64,000 bases of DNA, from NCBI GenBank assembly GCA_964613395.1, contig CAZTGO010000010.1, forward strand, positions 794 to 64,793. Direction: 5' to 3'. Under the pieces are notes generated by a model that saw only the letters and a program-made list of their open reading frames with translations, did no database searches and was not told the origin of the DNA. The stretch comes from an uncultured Candidatus Poseidoniales archaeon. GTDB taxonomy: Archaea > Thermoplasmatota > Poseidoniia > Poseidoniales > Poseidoniaceae. The stretch's first letter is position 1. Each line of letters starts with the position of its first letter. Made by a program: the position numbers and the translations under genes. Positions 45,852 to 55,148 of the stretch are shown here, one piece after another.

Positions 45852-46448
45852 TCAGTCCTCCCCTACAATCACTGGCTTCTCGCTCTTACGGCCTGAACTA
45901 GGCGCTGCACCAATTCGAATGATTTTCTCACGAAGCAAACCGAAACCGTCGATGAGTGCTTCGGGTCGCGGGGGGCATCCTGGGATGTAAACATCGACTG
46001 GGATGACTGTGTCGACACCTTCGAGAATATTGTAAGACTGGAAGTAAGGGCCACCGGAGATGGCACATTCGCCCATAGCGATGCAGTATTTTGGCTCTGG
46101 CATTTGTTCCCAAAGTCGAACGATTTTGTCTGCAAATTTCTTTGAAATTGGTCCGTTGACGAGAAGGACGTCAGATTGACGAGGTGATGAACGGAAAAGA
46201 ACTCCGAAACGGTCTCCATCGAAACGGGGGGTTGCTGCTGCTGCCATCTCGATTGCACAGCATTTGATACCTAGGTGAAGTGTGAACAACGATTTTCGAC
46301 CAGCCCAATTGAAAAATCGACCGGCGAGCACGCTCAAAAATTGCTTGATTTTCGTTGCTTTGAGGGCCTCATCGGTCACATCTCCAACGACTTCAAGCAA
46401 TGCTTTACTGTTGAATGCAGCATAATTCTCTTCTTGCGTTCCCATCAT
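45852..46448 (-). CDS. nuoB: NADH-quinone oxidoreductase subunit B (N2 cluster)
   Basis: GIKCCAIEM, MGECAISGGPY and YIPGCPPRPEALIDG. Confidence 0.95.
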   Translation of the reverse strand: MMGTQEENYAAFNSKALLEVVGDVTDEALKATKIKQFLSVLAGRFFNWAGRKSLFTLHLGIKCCAIEMAAAATPRFDGDRFGVLFRSSPRQSDVLLVNGPISKKFADKIVRLWEQMPEPKYCIAMGECAISGGPYFQSYNILEGVDTVIPVDVYIPGCPPRPEALIDGFGLLREKIIRIGAAPSSGRKSEKPVIVGED

Positions 46449-46454
46449 ATCACC

Positions 46455-46961
46455 TCAAATGTAAATTCGTCCTCGCTTGCGAAAAACATACCAAACACCA
46501 AGAGAAACCATGGTGAAAAATCCGAGAAGAACAAGAGATGCTGCTTTGGCATCTTCGACAGCGGTACTGCGTTCCGCGGCGGATAGTGTTTCTGAAGTTG
46601 CATCACCGACGAGCATACCTCCTAACACAAGGAACATGAAAGCAACATCGAACACAAGGAAAATAATCGCATACCAGTAGTATTGAAAGTGGAACTGTAT
46701 CATCGCTTCCCCGACAGGTTCACTACCGCATTCGAACGTCGTCAATCGACGAGGATACAAACTATGGTCTCGTTCATATCCCTCAAGCAAATAGGATTTG
46801 GTGATGTGCGGGCGGGCTGGATCAACTCGAGGCCGTACAACCCAAGTGATGATAAAATTCGTCAAAGGCATCAAAATTCCAACGATGGTTAGAATGCCGA
46901 TTGAAAGATACTCTGCAGGTACAGAATCGAATGTAGCCACTTCATTCACCCAATAGAGCAT
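46455..46961 (-). CDS. nuoA: NADH-quinone oxidoreductase subunit A
   Basis: FECGSEPVGEAMIQFHFQYYWYAIIFLVFDVAFMFL. It is the first gene of the operon. Confidence 0.85.
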   Translation of the reverse strand: MLYWVNEVATFDSVPAEYLSIGILTIVGILMPLTNFIITWVVRPRVDPARPHITKSYLLEGYERDHSLYPRRLTTFECGSEPVGEAMIQFHFQYYWYAIIFLVFDVAFMFLVLGGMLVGDATSETLSAAERSTAVEDAKAASLVLLGFFTMVSLGVWYVFRKRGRIYI

Positions 46962-47059
46962 ACGCTCTTACCCTTTCGGACTTGGGGACCCTCAATAAGC
47001 GTTGTTCATCAACCACATGCTAAAGAGGGTTCAAAGGAGGTTTAAACTTCAACGCAGTC

Positions 47060-49909
47060 CTATGTTTGTCGCCTTCGGAGAAGCAAGCTTCCAACAAGCA
47101 CAAGAACAAACACACTTCCGATGATTGATAACGTCGTGCGGTCGTCTAAACCAAGGAGGTTATCGGCAGATGTTCCCGACACTTTGAATTCAATATTTTC
47201 TCGTCCAATCTCCTCAAGTTCAACCGGTTCTGCTGAGAGTGTAAATTTGTAGATATCATCGATTTCAGATTGATATGGTGGACGAATTGAGACTTCGACA
47301 GGTATGCTTTCTCCTGGCTCAATCCAACAGATGAGGTCACCATTTTCTAGGCTGCAATCCTCATTTGGACCGTCGAGTACAACGGACCATCCTCGAAGAT
47401 CTTCTGAAGTGAATATTCGATATTCTGAACGAATATTTCCGGTGTTGCGAATCATAACATCATAGGTTGAACGCTCTCCGTATGTAATGTCGATTTTAGA
47501 AGGATCGAAATCTGTGGGATCCATAGAAAGTTCATGGATGATATTGACTTCAAGTGCAACGCTCAAAGCACCAGAGCGGTTTGCTGCATTCGAGACACTT
47601 GTCACCACCAAGTCCAGTAGGCCACCCTCTCCTTTTTCTGCTCCGGAAGATACTCGAATTGTGAGATTGACGAACACTTCATACTCTCGAGCAGTATAAC
47701 CTTCGACCTTACCGATTTCTACCATTTTATTTTCAATGCCTGCTTTCGAGGTCGCCGTAATCGGTTCACCAGTTCCATCCATTTCAAAAGACGAGGATGA
47801 TGCATTCCAAATTCCAAAACCTATCGGTACATCGATTTCATCGTCCACTGGCAACCCGTACATCGTCACTGTTCGGGTTGCAATTCCTTCAAGGCCATTC
47901 ATTGAGATGACGGCTCGGTCTGCGCCATCTCCCGTATTTCGAATCCAAAGACCGAGCGTCATTGTGCCATCAGGAGGAAGAAGGATAGATTTACTCCTCG
48001 GAGATAAATCTGGTTCATCAAAGCGAACGTCCATTGCAAAGTTTCGGTTCGAAAGGATGGCTCTGAACGTAAATTCACGTTGATTGTCAGGTAGCCCGTC
48101 TTCATCGTCATCCGCTGAATTCGGGTCGTCTTTGTTTGTAATACGGACGGTGAATCTAGAGTATTCGAGTTCTTCTTCACCATCGATGCTGACGACAAAA
48201 TACACGGTCAATGTCGACCTCGGGGAGATATCAATCTCGGTGAATGGTGTGCCGCTCTCAGTTTCAAAGTGAGTATCCCATGCAGGAGATGCTGTTTGGG
48301 ACATCATCGCAAATCGCATCGTGTCTTGTACGTTGCCTTGATTCTCAACCTCGATAGGGAATCGAACCTCTGTTGCTGAGCGGCCAGTTTGGTCTGTGGA
48401 TAGCGCTGTGGCTTCCATGGCATGGTATTCTGCAACCGTTACAGTGAATGTAACGCTGTCATACGCAGCCCCTCCACTCTGCGGTAAGACGCTGATGGTA
48501 ACTGGAATTTCATCGGTAGCGAGTGCATCGATTGGGACATCAACGGTCACTTCCACACTCGCTGTGTCATCAGACCCATGTTTCGACCCCACGCTTACAC
48601 TGGATTCTGAAAGGCGTATAGCCCACCCACTCTCCGGGGCTGATGAAGCAACTCGTAGAGTGTCGACGCCGTTCCCTTCGTTTTGCACTGTGACGGTGAT
48701 CATGCCACTTGTTCCTGGCTCAATGTTCGGTAGCAATGTGGTGGAAGCGCTAATGCTGGCTCCTCGAGATTGCCCAACGATAATACGAAGGTCAGCAGAA
48801 CATTTGACACTGTTTCCTTCTTTGCCAACGATACTGACAACTGTTTCCGAGCCTGCATTGACACTATCATCTGGTGTCACAATCATGTCCACGACACGTT
48901 GACCTTCGCCATTATCATACTCGAGAAGTCCTGAGGCGGCTTGACCTTCGTCCATTCCAATCCATGCAGCTTTTGCACCAACACCTCCGGCTGTAAGAGA
49001 CCACTCGTCATTCCCTGTGTTCGAAAAAGTGGCTTTGAATGACCCTTCTTTCCCTGGGTCAACACTCACAGAATTTTTGCTCAGAACAACATCACATGTG
49101 TGGAGTTCAGGCACGCTTAGGGAAAATTCTTCGGAATCGGTTGCTTCTTGGGAGGGGTCATTCGTCACGACGGCTTCAATCTCCCAACAGTACTTGTCTG
49201 CGGCCTGACCATTAGGAATTTCGACCGTTGCAGTGACAATTTCTGTATCGTCTCGACCTACGGTCAATGTTGTTTCGCTGAGTGTTACCGTAATATCGGA
49301 AGAGGAAGTACAACCTGAGCCAGTTCCATCATTTAGGGCAAGATTGACGTTGGCGTCTGATTGCCCAGTATTTTCGATTTCTATTGTGTAGTCGAGCGAT
49401 TCTTCGCCATCCCAGTTTCTATCTGGATTGTTTATCGTGACATCAATGGCAAAGAGAGCACTTCCAGAGCCATCACCAGCGGTAGTTGTCACCGTTACTG
49501 ATTCTTGGGCAGGTGAGCCTACAGCAGGAGGGACAAGTTGAGCATTGGCTGTAATGGTGGTGTCGCAACTTCCCTCTGCTACTTGACTGAGCGAGATATT
49601 GAGAGAGGTTTCTTCATACGAATTTGATTCGATTTGGCCTGAGATCTGTTGAATCACTGAATTGTATGCATTGCACTCTTGTGTCGCCTCTTCATTTGTT
49701 GACAATGAAACTGTGATGGGGTCAGAGCCGGTATTGTACACGCGGATGGTGTATTCACCAGCTTCACCAGGGTTCACTTCAAGCGAGGTAGGGATAGCTT
49801 GCACGGTGATTGAAGCATCTCTTCCTTCAGCCATCACTGGTGAAGACATCAGCGGCAGTACAGAAAAGAGAAGCAAACCAACCAGTGCAATTGCACGGAT
49901 TTTTGACAT
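47060..49909 (-). CDS. Large secreted, C-terminally anchored surface protein with many CARDB/NEW3-like beta-sandwich repeats
   Basis: Signal MSKIRAIALVGLLLFSVLPLMSSPVMAEG. Repeats of the type PGEAGEYTIRVYNTGSDPITVSL, PGTSGMITVTVQNEGNGVDTLRV and RSTYDVMIRNTGNIRSEY. C-terminal TM plus RRRQT. The longest ORF (50044) overlaps the upstream gene and was trimmed to ATG 49909. Confidence 0.75.
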   Translation of the reverse strand: MSKIRAIALVGLLLFSVLPLMSSPVMAEGRDASITVQAIPTSLEVNPGEAGEYTIRVYNTGSDPITVSLSTNEEATQECNAYNSVIQQISGQIESNSYEETSLNISLSQVAEGSCDTTITANAQLVPPAVGSPAQESVTVTTTAGDGSGSALFAIDVTINNPDRNWDGEESLDYTIEIENTGQSDANVNLALNDGTGSGCTSSSDITVTLSETTLTVGRDDTEIVTATVEIPNGQAADKYCWEIEAVVTNDPSQEATDSEEFSLSVPELHTCDVVLSKNSVSVDPGKEGSFKATFSNTGNDEWSLTAGGVGAKAAWIGMDEGQAASGLLEYDNGEGQRVVDMIVTPDDSVNAGSETVVSIVGKEGNSVKCSADLRIIVGQSRGASISASTTLLPNIEPGTSGMITVTVQNEGNGVDTLRVASSAPESGWAIRLSESSVSVGSKHGSDDTASVEVTVDVPIDALATDEIPVTISVLPQSGGAAYDSVTFTVTVAEYHAMEATALSTDQTGRSATEVRFPIEVENQGNVQDTMRFAMMSQTASPAWDTHFETESGTPFTEIDISPRSTLTVYFVVSIDGEEELEYSRFTVRITNKDDPNSADDDEDGLPDNQREFTFRAILSNRNFAMDVRFDEPDLSPRSKSILLPPDGTMTLGLWIRNTGDGADRAVISMNGLEGIATRTVTMYGLPVDDEIDVPIGFGIWNASSSSFEMDGTGEPITATSKAGIENKMVEIGKVEGYTAREYEVFVNLTIRVSSGAEKGEGGLLDLVVTSVSNAANRSGALSVALEVNIIHELSMDPTDFDPSKIDITYGERSTYDVMIRNTGNIRSEYRIFTSEDLRGWSVVLDGPNEDCSLENGDLICWIEPGESIPVEVSIRPPYQSEIDDIYKFTLSAEPVELEEIGRENIEFKVSGTSADNLLGLDDRTTLSIIGSVFVLVLVGSLLLRRRQT

Positions 49910-50001
49910 TGGCGACAATGCTTTCGCTCCTCCCATGAAAACGGGTGAAGGTTCTCCTATCAAAAGCCTCGCCTTCACCGAATCAAATTGACCACGAATC
50001 A

Positions 50002-53000
50002 TCACGACATCACAGGCAAAAAGTTTGAACAAGCGTTGTCGCAATTTTCACATGTTGCAGAGGATTTTGGTTTGCACGAGTCTGTATTGTGATACCTTGC
50101 TCCGCAAGTGCCACATGCGAGAGATGGTCCTTCGATTCCATCACGACATAACCAGCAAACAACGAGTGGTGGTGTTGGTTGAGGGACAGGTATTGGAGTT
50201 GCTGCTATTGCTTGGGGCTGAATGTGTTGAACTGGTGGAGCCATCATCGTTTGAGGTACGGGCGATGTTGCTCCGAGTGGGGGGAGAGGAAGTTTTGGAT
50301 TCGGTTGACGTCGTTGTTTCAACACCAATGCACCTGCGGCGGCAAGCAAACCGAAAATGAGCAGAGAAATACCTGTTACGATAACCGATGACGATAACCC
50401 GTCATCTCCACTTCCAACTGGTTCACCAAATGAGGCAACATCGATTCGGAATATGCGACTATCTGCATCGCTTTCCGATAATTCAAACGTGACTTCACGC
50501 GTGCTTGGTTTGTGAGAAATCACATTCAATCGCACGACAACATCTTGGCCTGGTTCAAGATTGAGTATATCCGTCCCATCCACTGAAATATCCCAATCTT
50601 CTACGTTCTCTATCGTGATTCGGCGCTGTAGGGCGACATTACCTGTGTTTTCCAATTCAAGAACGATGGCTCCTTCAACACCTGTTGTAAATTCTGGTTT
50701 GGATTTCAGTGTCCATGAATAACTTTCAACCGGTGCAACAACGAGGCCGACTGTACGAACAGCACTCGCATTTTCATCTGAAAACGTGACGGTAAACGAC
50801 GGTTGGGACATCGGTTCAGCGTCATATCGAATGAGAATTCGACATTTGACAGGAACAATATCGTTCATACCGATTTCACCGACCTGGTCGCAATCGCCCA
50901 CCAAATTTTGATCGTGATTCAAGAGCGTTGAAGGAGACCAAACGGTTTCTCCTGTGTTGCTGAGAATCCAGGTATAGACAAGTTCGACTCCACTCGGTTG
51001 AGCACCACCCCCTGACAATGTTTCATAGGTCTGCCCTGAATATTCAAGGGAGACAAAATCAACAGTCGGTTGAGGGAGAGCTTCGACATTCACATTTTGA
51101 TTCCACATAAATCGTGTCGACCCGTTATCCAAGTTCAGTTGAATTTGACCTGATTTAGCATTTGTATTTGCTTTAAGTGAAAAAAGAATATTTTTTGTCT
51201 CTTGCCATTCCAATGTGAATGGTTCAAGCGTTGTTTGTGATGTCCAACCAGATGGTAACTCAAGTGATGGTAGGAGATACAGGTCCTGATTTCCGGAGTT
51301 CTCAATGCTGAGCATCATTGTGATCGACGAATCGGGACGTATTGTACCCAATGATGTTTCCAATTGGACTTGTATGTCTTTGATTGCTGTAACTCGAATC
51401 GGGATTTCAAATTCCACATACTTTTGATGCTCGGTTTGACTAATCGCAGTAAGAACAACTGTTCGTTCTGCTTGGGCTGCAGTCATGATTTGTGGCGGAG
51501 TAAATGTGAGTGAAACCTCACGATAACTATCGGCGTCAATGAGGCCAGTAGAACCAGAAATCGCCCCTGCTTCACTACCTAAATCTGAAAATCCTGCTAT
51601 CCATCCAGCAGGTGCTTCAAGGAAGAGGTCGTAACCTATTGGAGCATTTCCGTCATTGTGCAATCGGACGGTGATATTTGTCTCATCGATTGGGTCAACT
51701 GGAACGATTTGGTAGTCAAATTCAAGCCTTGCCTTTGCAATTTCAGGAACTTTTAGGTGAACCTCATATGGATATGTCACCCCGTTATCGACATCAATAC
51801 CAAGCAATTCAACGACGTACAGGCCTGGACTAGGTGGACTTGGATGAACAAGTGTAACATTGAGCGTCACACTTTCTTGGCCACTGAGAGAGAAATTTGA
51901 CACACCCGTTCCGACGTACCAACCCAAATCGATTGTTGAATCAACGAAATGAACAGTGCCCGTTTCTATTGATGCATTTGTCGCCAACAAAGCTGTATTT
52001 GTCAATGCAATTTCCCATGTTGAGGTTGATTGGTTTGAGTTCGTCACAAGAATTTCTTGATTGGAAGATTCTAACTTCACTCCCGGTGTCGTCACATTTA
52101 CAACAAAATCAAATTCATTGTTGTCCTCATTGATCTCTTCCATTTCATCGAGGGGGTCGATGATGAATCGAAGTGTTGTTTCACCTGCAGTCGTTGGCAC
52201 CCAATCCCACTGAATGACCTTCGTCGCACCAGGGCCAAGGTCAAAACTCTGTGTGTCCACCTCAACTCCATTTTCTTGAAATTCAACATTAAATGTATCC
52301 GCTTTGACATTGCCTAAATTGAAAAATGGGACTGAAACGATGACATCTTCACCGACTTGAGGAATCTCCGTACTCATTTCAAAATCACCGGTGATGACAG
52401 TGATGTCTGGGCGAAGGTCATTCACTCCATGTCCACGGACCGCTACAGCATAAGGTTGGATTTTTGATCCACCATGATAGGTATCGACGACCTTGACCGT
52501 CCACACCCCTTGAACCGCATTTTCAATCAAAACCACCTCGAGATTGTTGATAGAATCACGAGTCCCAGTATTCACAGATTTTCCGCCTGAAAAATCGTTT
52601 CCGTAATATGTTGTCTGTCCATCCGGGCTCGTGACTTCAAGATCGAGATTGTTAACGAGTTGAGTGCTCGAAAATCTAGAACCACGCTCATCTGACCAAG
52701 CAAGAACGACTTTGAATTCTGCATTGGCTTGTGAAATGTTGAACGAGTATGACTTTGAGTTTCCTGTCCCTGACATGACTGAACGGTCATCAACCCAGAT
52801 TCCTTGACCATTTGACGGTGCGAGGGAATTTCGAACGTTGATTCTGCCCCATCCTTCATCGTTGTTGGGTATGTTTTTTGCACCAATATCTTGTGCACCA
52901 AGAACCATAAGTGCCTTCACAAGGGCGCCTTGAGGTGAGGGGCGTTGTGCGATTTCAATGATATATTCACGTATCATCGAGGCCACACCGGCGGCATTTG

Positions 53001-54576
53001 GTGTTGCCATGGATGTACCTGAGTACTGGATATACCATCCTCCTGGTTGAGTCGTGCCACCTGCAGTATCCGTTGCTTCTTGGGCGAGACAGGAACGAAC
53101 AAACCCTCCAGGAGCAAGGACATCTGGCTTGATTCGGTTGTCTTCTGTTGGACCACGCGATGAGCTATCTGCAATTGTATTTGGAGAGGCTTGACCGCGA
53201 TTGATGTGACTACCGACCGAAATAGCATTTTTTGCTGTTGCTGGAGGGGATACTGTTCCTGAACCGGGGCCGTCATTACCATTGGCAAAGAGCACAGTAA
53301 GTCCTTCACGACCAGTGTAATACCGGTCGTAGTAATTGGTGTTATCATCTACGTCCTCTGTATCTGAATTGTATTTTCCTTGTTGGTTCGCCTGAGAGGA
53401 GCCCCATGAATTTGTATGTATCCTTGCCCCCGCATTGTAAGATGAATCGAGCAAACTGTTGAGTGATGGAGACTGGAAATTTCCTGTATTGTCGTTTTCC
53501 ATTGCTTGAAAATACAGTTCGGCCTCTGGAGCTACACCCGCATATCCTCCACGGAAACCATCGCCAAGGACAGTGCAGGAGACATGGGTGCCATGACCTG
53601 AGTGCTTATCGGCAGTTGAACCGTCACCAATAACGTCGTATGAACCGATAACTCTCGTTCCAAAATCGCCATGGTCTTCGTCGAGTCCAGCATCTGCAAC
53701 CGCAATGATTTGATTTGACCCGTCCAAATTTGTGTTGAAATAGGTCTTCATTGTATTTACACTCATGTGACTTCTAGAATTGTCGTTGAAGATTTGGTAT
53801 TCAGGTACTAGAGAAATACTTCGAATAGCAGGTTGATTCGCTAGCGTTTTGAGATTGTTGGCATCGACATACCCGTCAATTCTACCAATATCCCATCGGT
53901 GTTCTATGTCGACGAGATGATTTGTGATCGACTCGAAATTTTGTATGACGGTTCCTCCCTCACCGTCATCGATGTTAACGCCGTCGGATATTCCTCCATC
54001 GTGACGCCAAGATTCCACCCTCAACGGTATTCCGGAAATATAGGCCTCTCCATCATTGAACAAGGTTGCATCGAGAAGACTCTCATCGAGAAAAAGAGCG
54101 AGGGGGGCTGATGAATATGAATGAATAAATGGTTGATGGACAAGTTCCAAAAGAGCAGTATGTGTTCCTTGCACCAGAAGTCCAGATGGTGCAATGAATT
54201 CTCGAACCTCGATGCCGTAAAATGCATCAATTGAATTTCTTGCATCCTTCATGTACACATCATCATCGATAATCACTATGAGACTAAAGTCCTTGGGCGT
54301 CAACCAATCTGCTGCAATTGGGCGCGATGGGGCAAAACCATTTGAGTTGAAGAGTCCGATTGAACTCCAAGCTGAAAGTTCTCTAGTTTCCGTGAGGTCA
54401 TTTGTTTCTTCTTGGCCAATAAAATCGTTGAATGTATCTGCTGAAACTGCAAATTCAACCATTTCAAAATCGCTTTGAAACTCAACTGAATTGTTTTCCT
54501 CTGGAACAGAAAGATGAGTGGACATCATTGATGCCATCATGAGCACGACGAGGAAGACTGCTTTTTGTCGATTCAT
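50002..54576 (-). CDS. Membrane-anchored subtilisin-like serine protease (peptidase S8) with P-domain-like and CARDB repeats and Cys-rich cytoplasmic tail
   Basis: Catalytic triad blocks IIAVADAGLDEDHGDF (Asp), HGTHVSCTVLGDG (His) and SGTSMATPNAAGVASM (Ser), plus the oxyanion block FANGNDG. One CARDB end motif is EEINEDNNEF. TM GISLLIFGLLAAAGALVL. The track start is GTG 54585; an ATG lies at 54576. Confidence 0.9.
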   Translation of the reverse strand: MNRQKAVFLVVLMMASMMSTHLSVPEENNSVEFQSDFEMVEFAVSADTFNDFIGQEETNDLTETRELSAWSSIGLFNSNGFAPSRPIAADWLTPKDFSLIVIIDDDVYMKDARNSIDAFYGIEVREFIAPSGLLVQGTHTALLELVHQPFIHSYSSAPLALFLDESLLDATLFNDGEAYISGIPLRVESWRHDGGISDGVNIDDGEGGTVIQNFESITNHLVDIEHRWDIGRIDGYVDANNLKTLANQPAIRSISLVPEYQIFNDNSRSHMSVNTMKTYFNTNLDGSNQIIAVADAGLDEDHGDFGTRVIGSYDVIGDGSTADKHSGHGTHVSCTVLGDGFRGGYAGVAPEAELYFQAMENDNTGNFQSPSLNSLLDSSYNAGARIHTNSWGSSQANQQGKYNSDTEDVDDNTNYYDRYYTGREGLTVLFANGNDGPGSGTVSPPATAKNAISVGSHINRGQASPNTIADSSSRGPTEDNRIKPDVLAPGGFVRSCLAQEATDTAGGTTQPGGWYIQYSGTSMATPNAAGVASMIREYIIEIAQRPSPQGALVKALMVLGAQDIGAKNIPNNDEGWGRINVRNSLAPSNGQGIWVDDRSVMSGTGNSKSYSFNISQANAEFKVVLAWSDERGSRFSSTQLVNNLDLEVTSPDGQTTYYGNDFSGGKSVNTGTRDSINNLEVVLIENAVQGVWTVKVVDTYHGGSKIQPYAVAVRGHGVNDLRPDITVITGDFEMSTEIPQVGEDVIVSVPFFNLGNVKADTFNVEFQENGVEVDTQSFDLGPGATKVIQWDWVPTTAGETTLRFIIDPLDEMEEINEDNNEFDFVVNVTTPGVKLESSNQEILVTNSNQSTSTWEIALTNTALLATNASIETGTVHFVDSTIDLGWYVGTGVSNFSLSGQESVTLNVTLVHPSPPSPGLYVVELLGIDVDNGVTYPYEVHLKVPEIAKARLEFDYQIVPVDPIDETNITVRLHNDGNAPIGYDLFLEAPAGWIAGFSDLGSEAGAISGSTGLIDADSYREVSLTFTPPQIMTAAQAERTVVLTAISQTEHQKYVEFEIPIRVTAIKDIQVQLETSLGTIRPDSSITMMLSIENSGNQDLYLLPSLELPSGWTSQTTLEPFTLEWQETKNILFSLKANTNAKSGQIQLNLDNGSTRFMWNQNVNVEALPQPTVDFVSLEYSGQTYETLSGGGAQPSGVELVYTWILSNTGETVWSPSTLLNHDQNLVGDCDQVGEIGMNDIVPVKCRILIRYDAEPMSQPSFTVTFSDENASAVRTVGLVVAPVESYSWTLKSKPEFTTGVEGAIVLELENTGNVALQRRITIENVEDWDISVDGTDILNLEPGQDVVVRLNVISHKPSTREVTFELSESDADSRIFRIDVASFGEPVGSGDDGLSSSVIVTGISLLIFGLLAAAGALVLKQRRQPNPKLPLPPLGATSPVPQTMMAPPVQHIQPQAIAATPIPVPQPTPPLVVCWLCRDGIEGPSLACGTCGARYHNTDSCKPKSSATCENCDNACSNFLPVMS

Positions 54577-54592
54577 TGTGTTCACTTATCCT

Positions 54593-55144
54593 TTAACCAA
54601 GTGGCCAAATTTTGCCATCCGCCTCATCAAAAAACATTTCTTGGGACCATTCACCAACATGATGATACCACTGTTGCTGACGTCGCTCTCCATCGTAATC
54701 TTTCCATTGCAGTTCAATGTGAATAACATAGTCATCCCAGACTGAATACCCAATAACGTGCATTTCCAGTTCGTCACCAGCGAGAGAGGAATGTGAGGAT
54801 ATTCGTTCGACATCTATTTGTGTTGATTCAAGGATGATGCCATCGATTGTTTCGAATGAGATTTGGAGGGATACATCTGTGATATCGCGACTACCATCGT
54901 TGTGAATTTGAGTCATCATGAGATGGCCGCTACGTTGCATATATCGAGTTTCAACCATCACATCGTCCCTCGGCAGAACATAATACCAACCCGACAAAAG
55001 AACACCGAGTACGAGCAAAATCATGACGCCAGCAAAACCTACTCTGGTTGGAGTCACTTCCCGACGAACTGTTTCAAGGAGTTTCGCAGCATCTTGGGCG
55101 GCTGTCCAATCATCATCATCCTGATTCATGGCTTTTTGTAACAT
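54593..55144 (-). CDS. Single-pass membrane protein with small extracytoplasmic beta-rich domain
   Basis: 183 aa with TM FAGVMILLVLGVLLSGWYYVL. It is wedged 4 nt after the 1555-aa gene and 7-16 nt (depending on start choice) before the S8 gene. Confidence 0.55.
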   Translation of the reverse strand: MLQKAMNQDDDDWTAAQDAAKLLETVRREVTPTRVGFAGVMILLVLGVLLSGWYYVLPRDDVMVETRYMQRSGHLMMTQIHNDGSRDITDVSLQISFETIDGIILESTQIDVERISSHSSLAGDELEMHVIGYSVWDDYVIHIELQWKDYDGERRQQQWYHHVGEWSQEMFFDEADGKIWPLG

Positions 55145-55148
55145 GTGA

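Noticed and set aside
34803-46961. The absence of nuoE, nuoF and nuoG, read as a possible deletion or truncated operon.
   Set aside because: The 11-subunit A-B-C-D-H-I-J-K-L-M-N organisation without the NADH-binding module is the normal archaeal arrangement. The genes are contiguous, with no gap or remnant.
49910-50044. A 45-aa extension of the CARDB/NEW3 protein ORF that overlaps the S8 protease 3' end.
   Set aside because: The signal peptide begins at the ATG at 49909, and the extension overlaps the Cys-rich tail of the protease.
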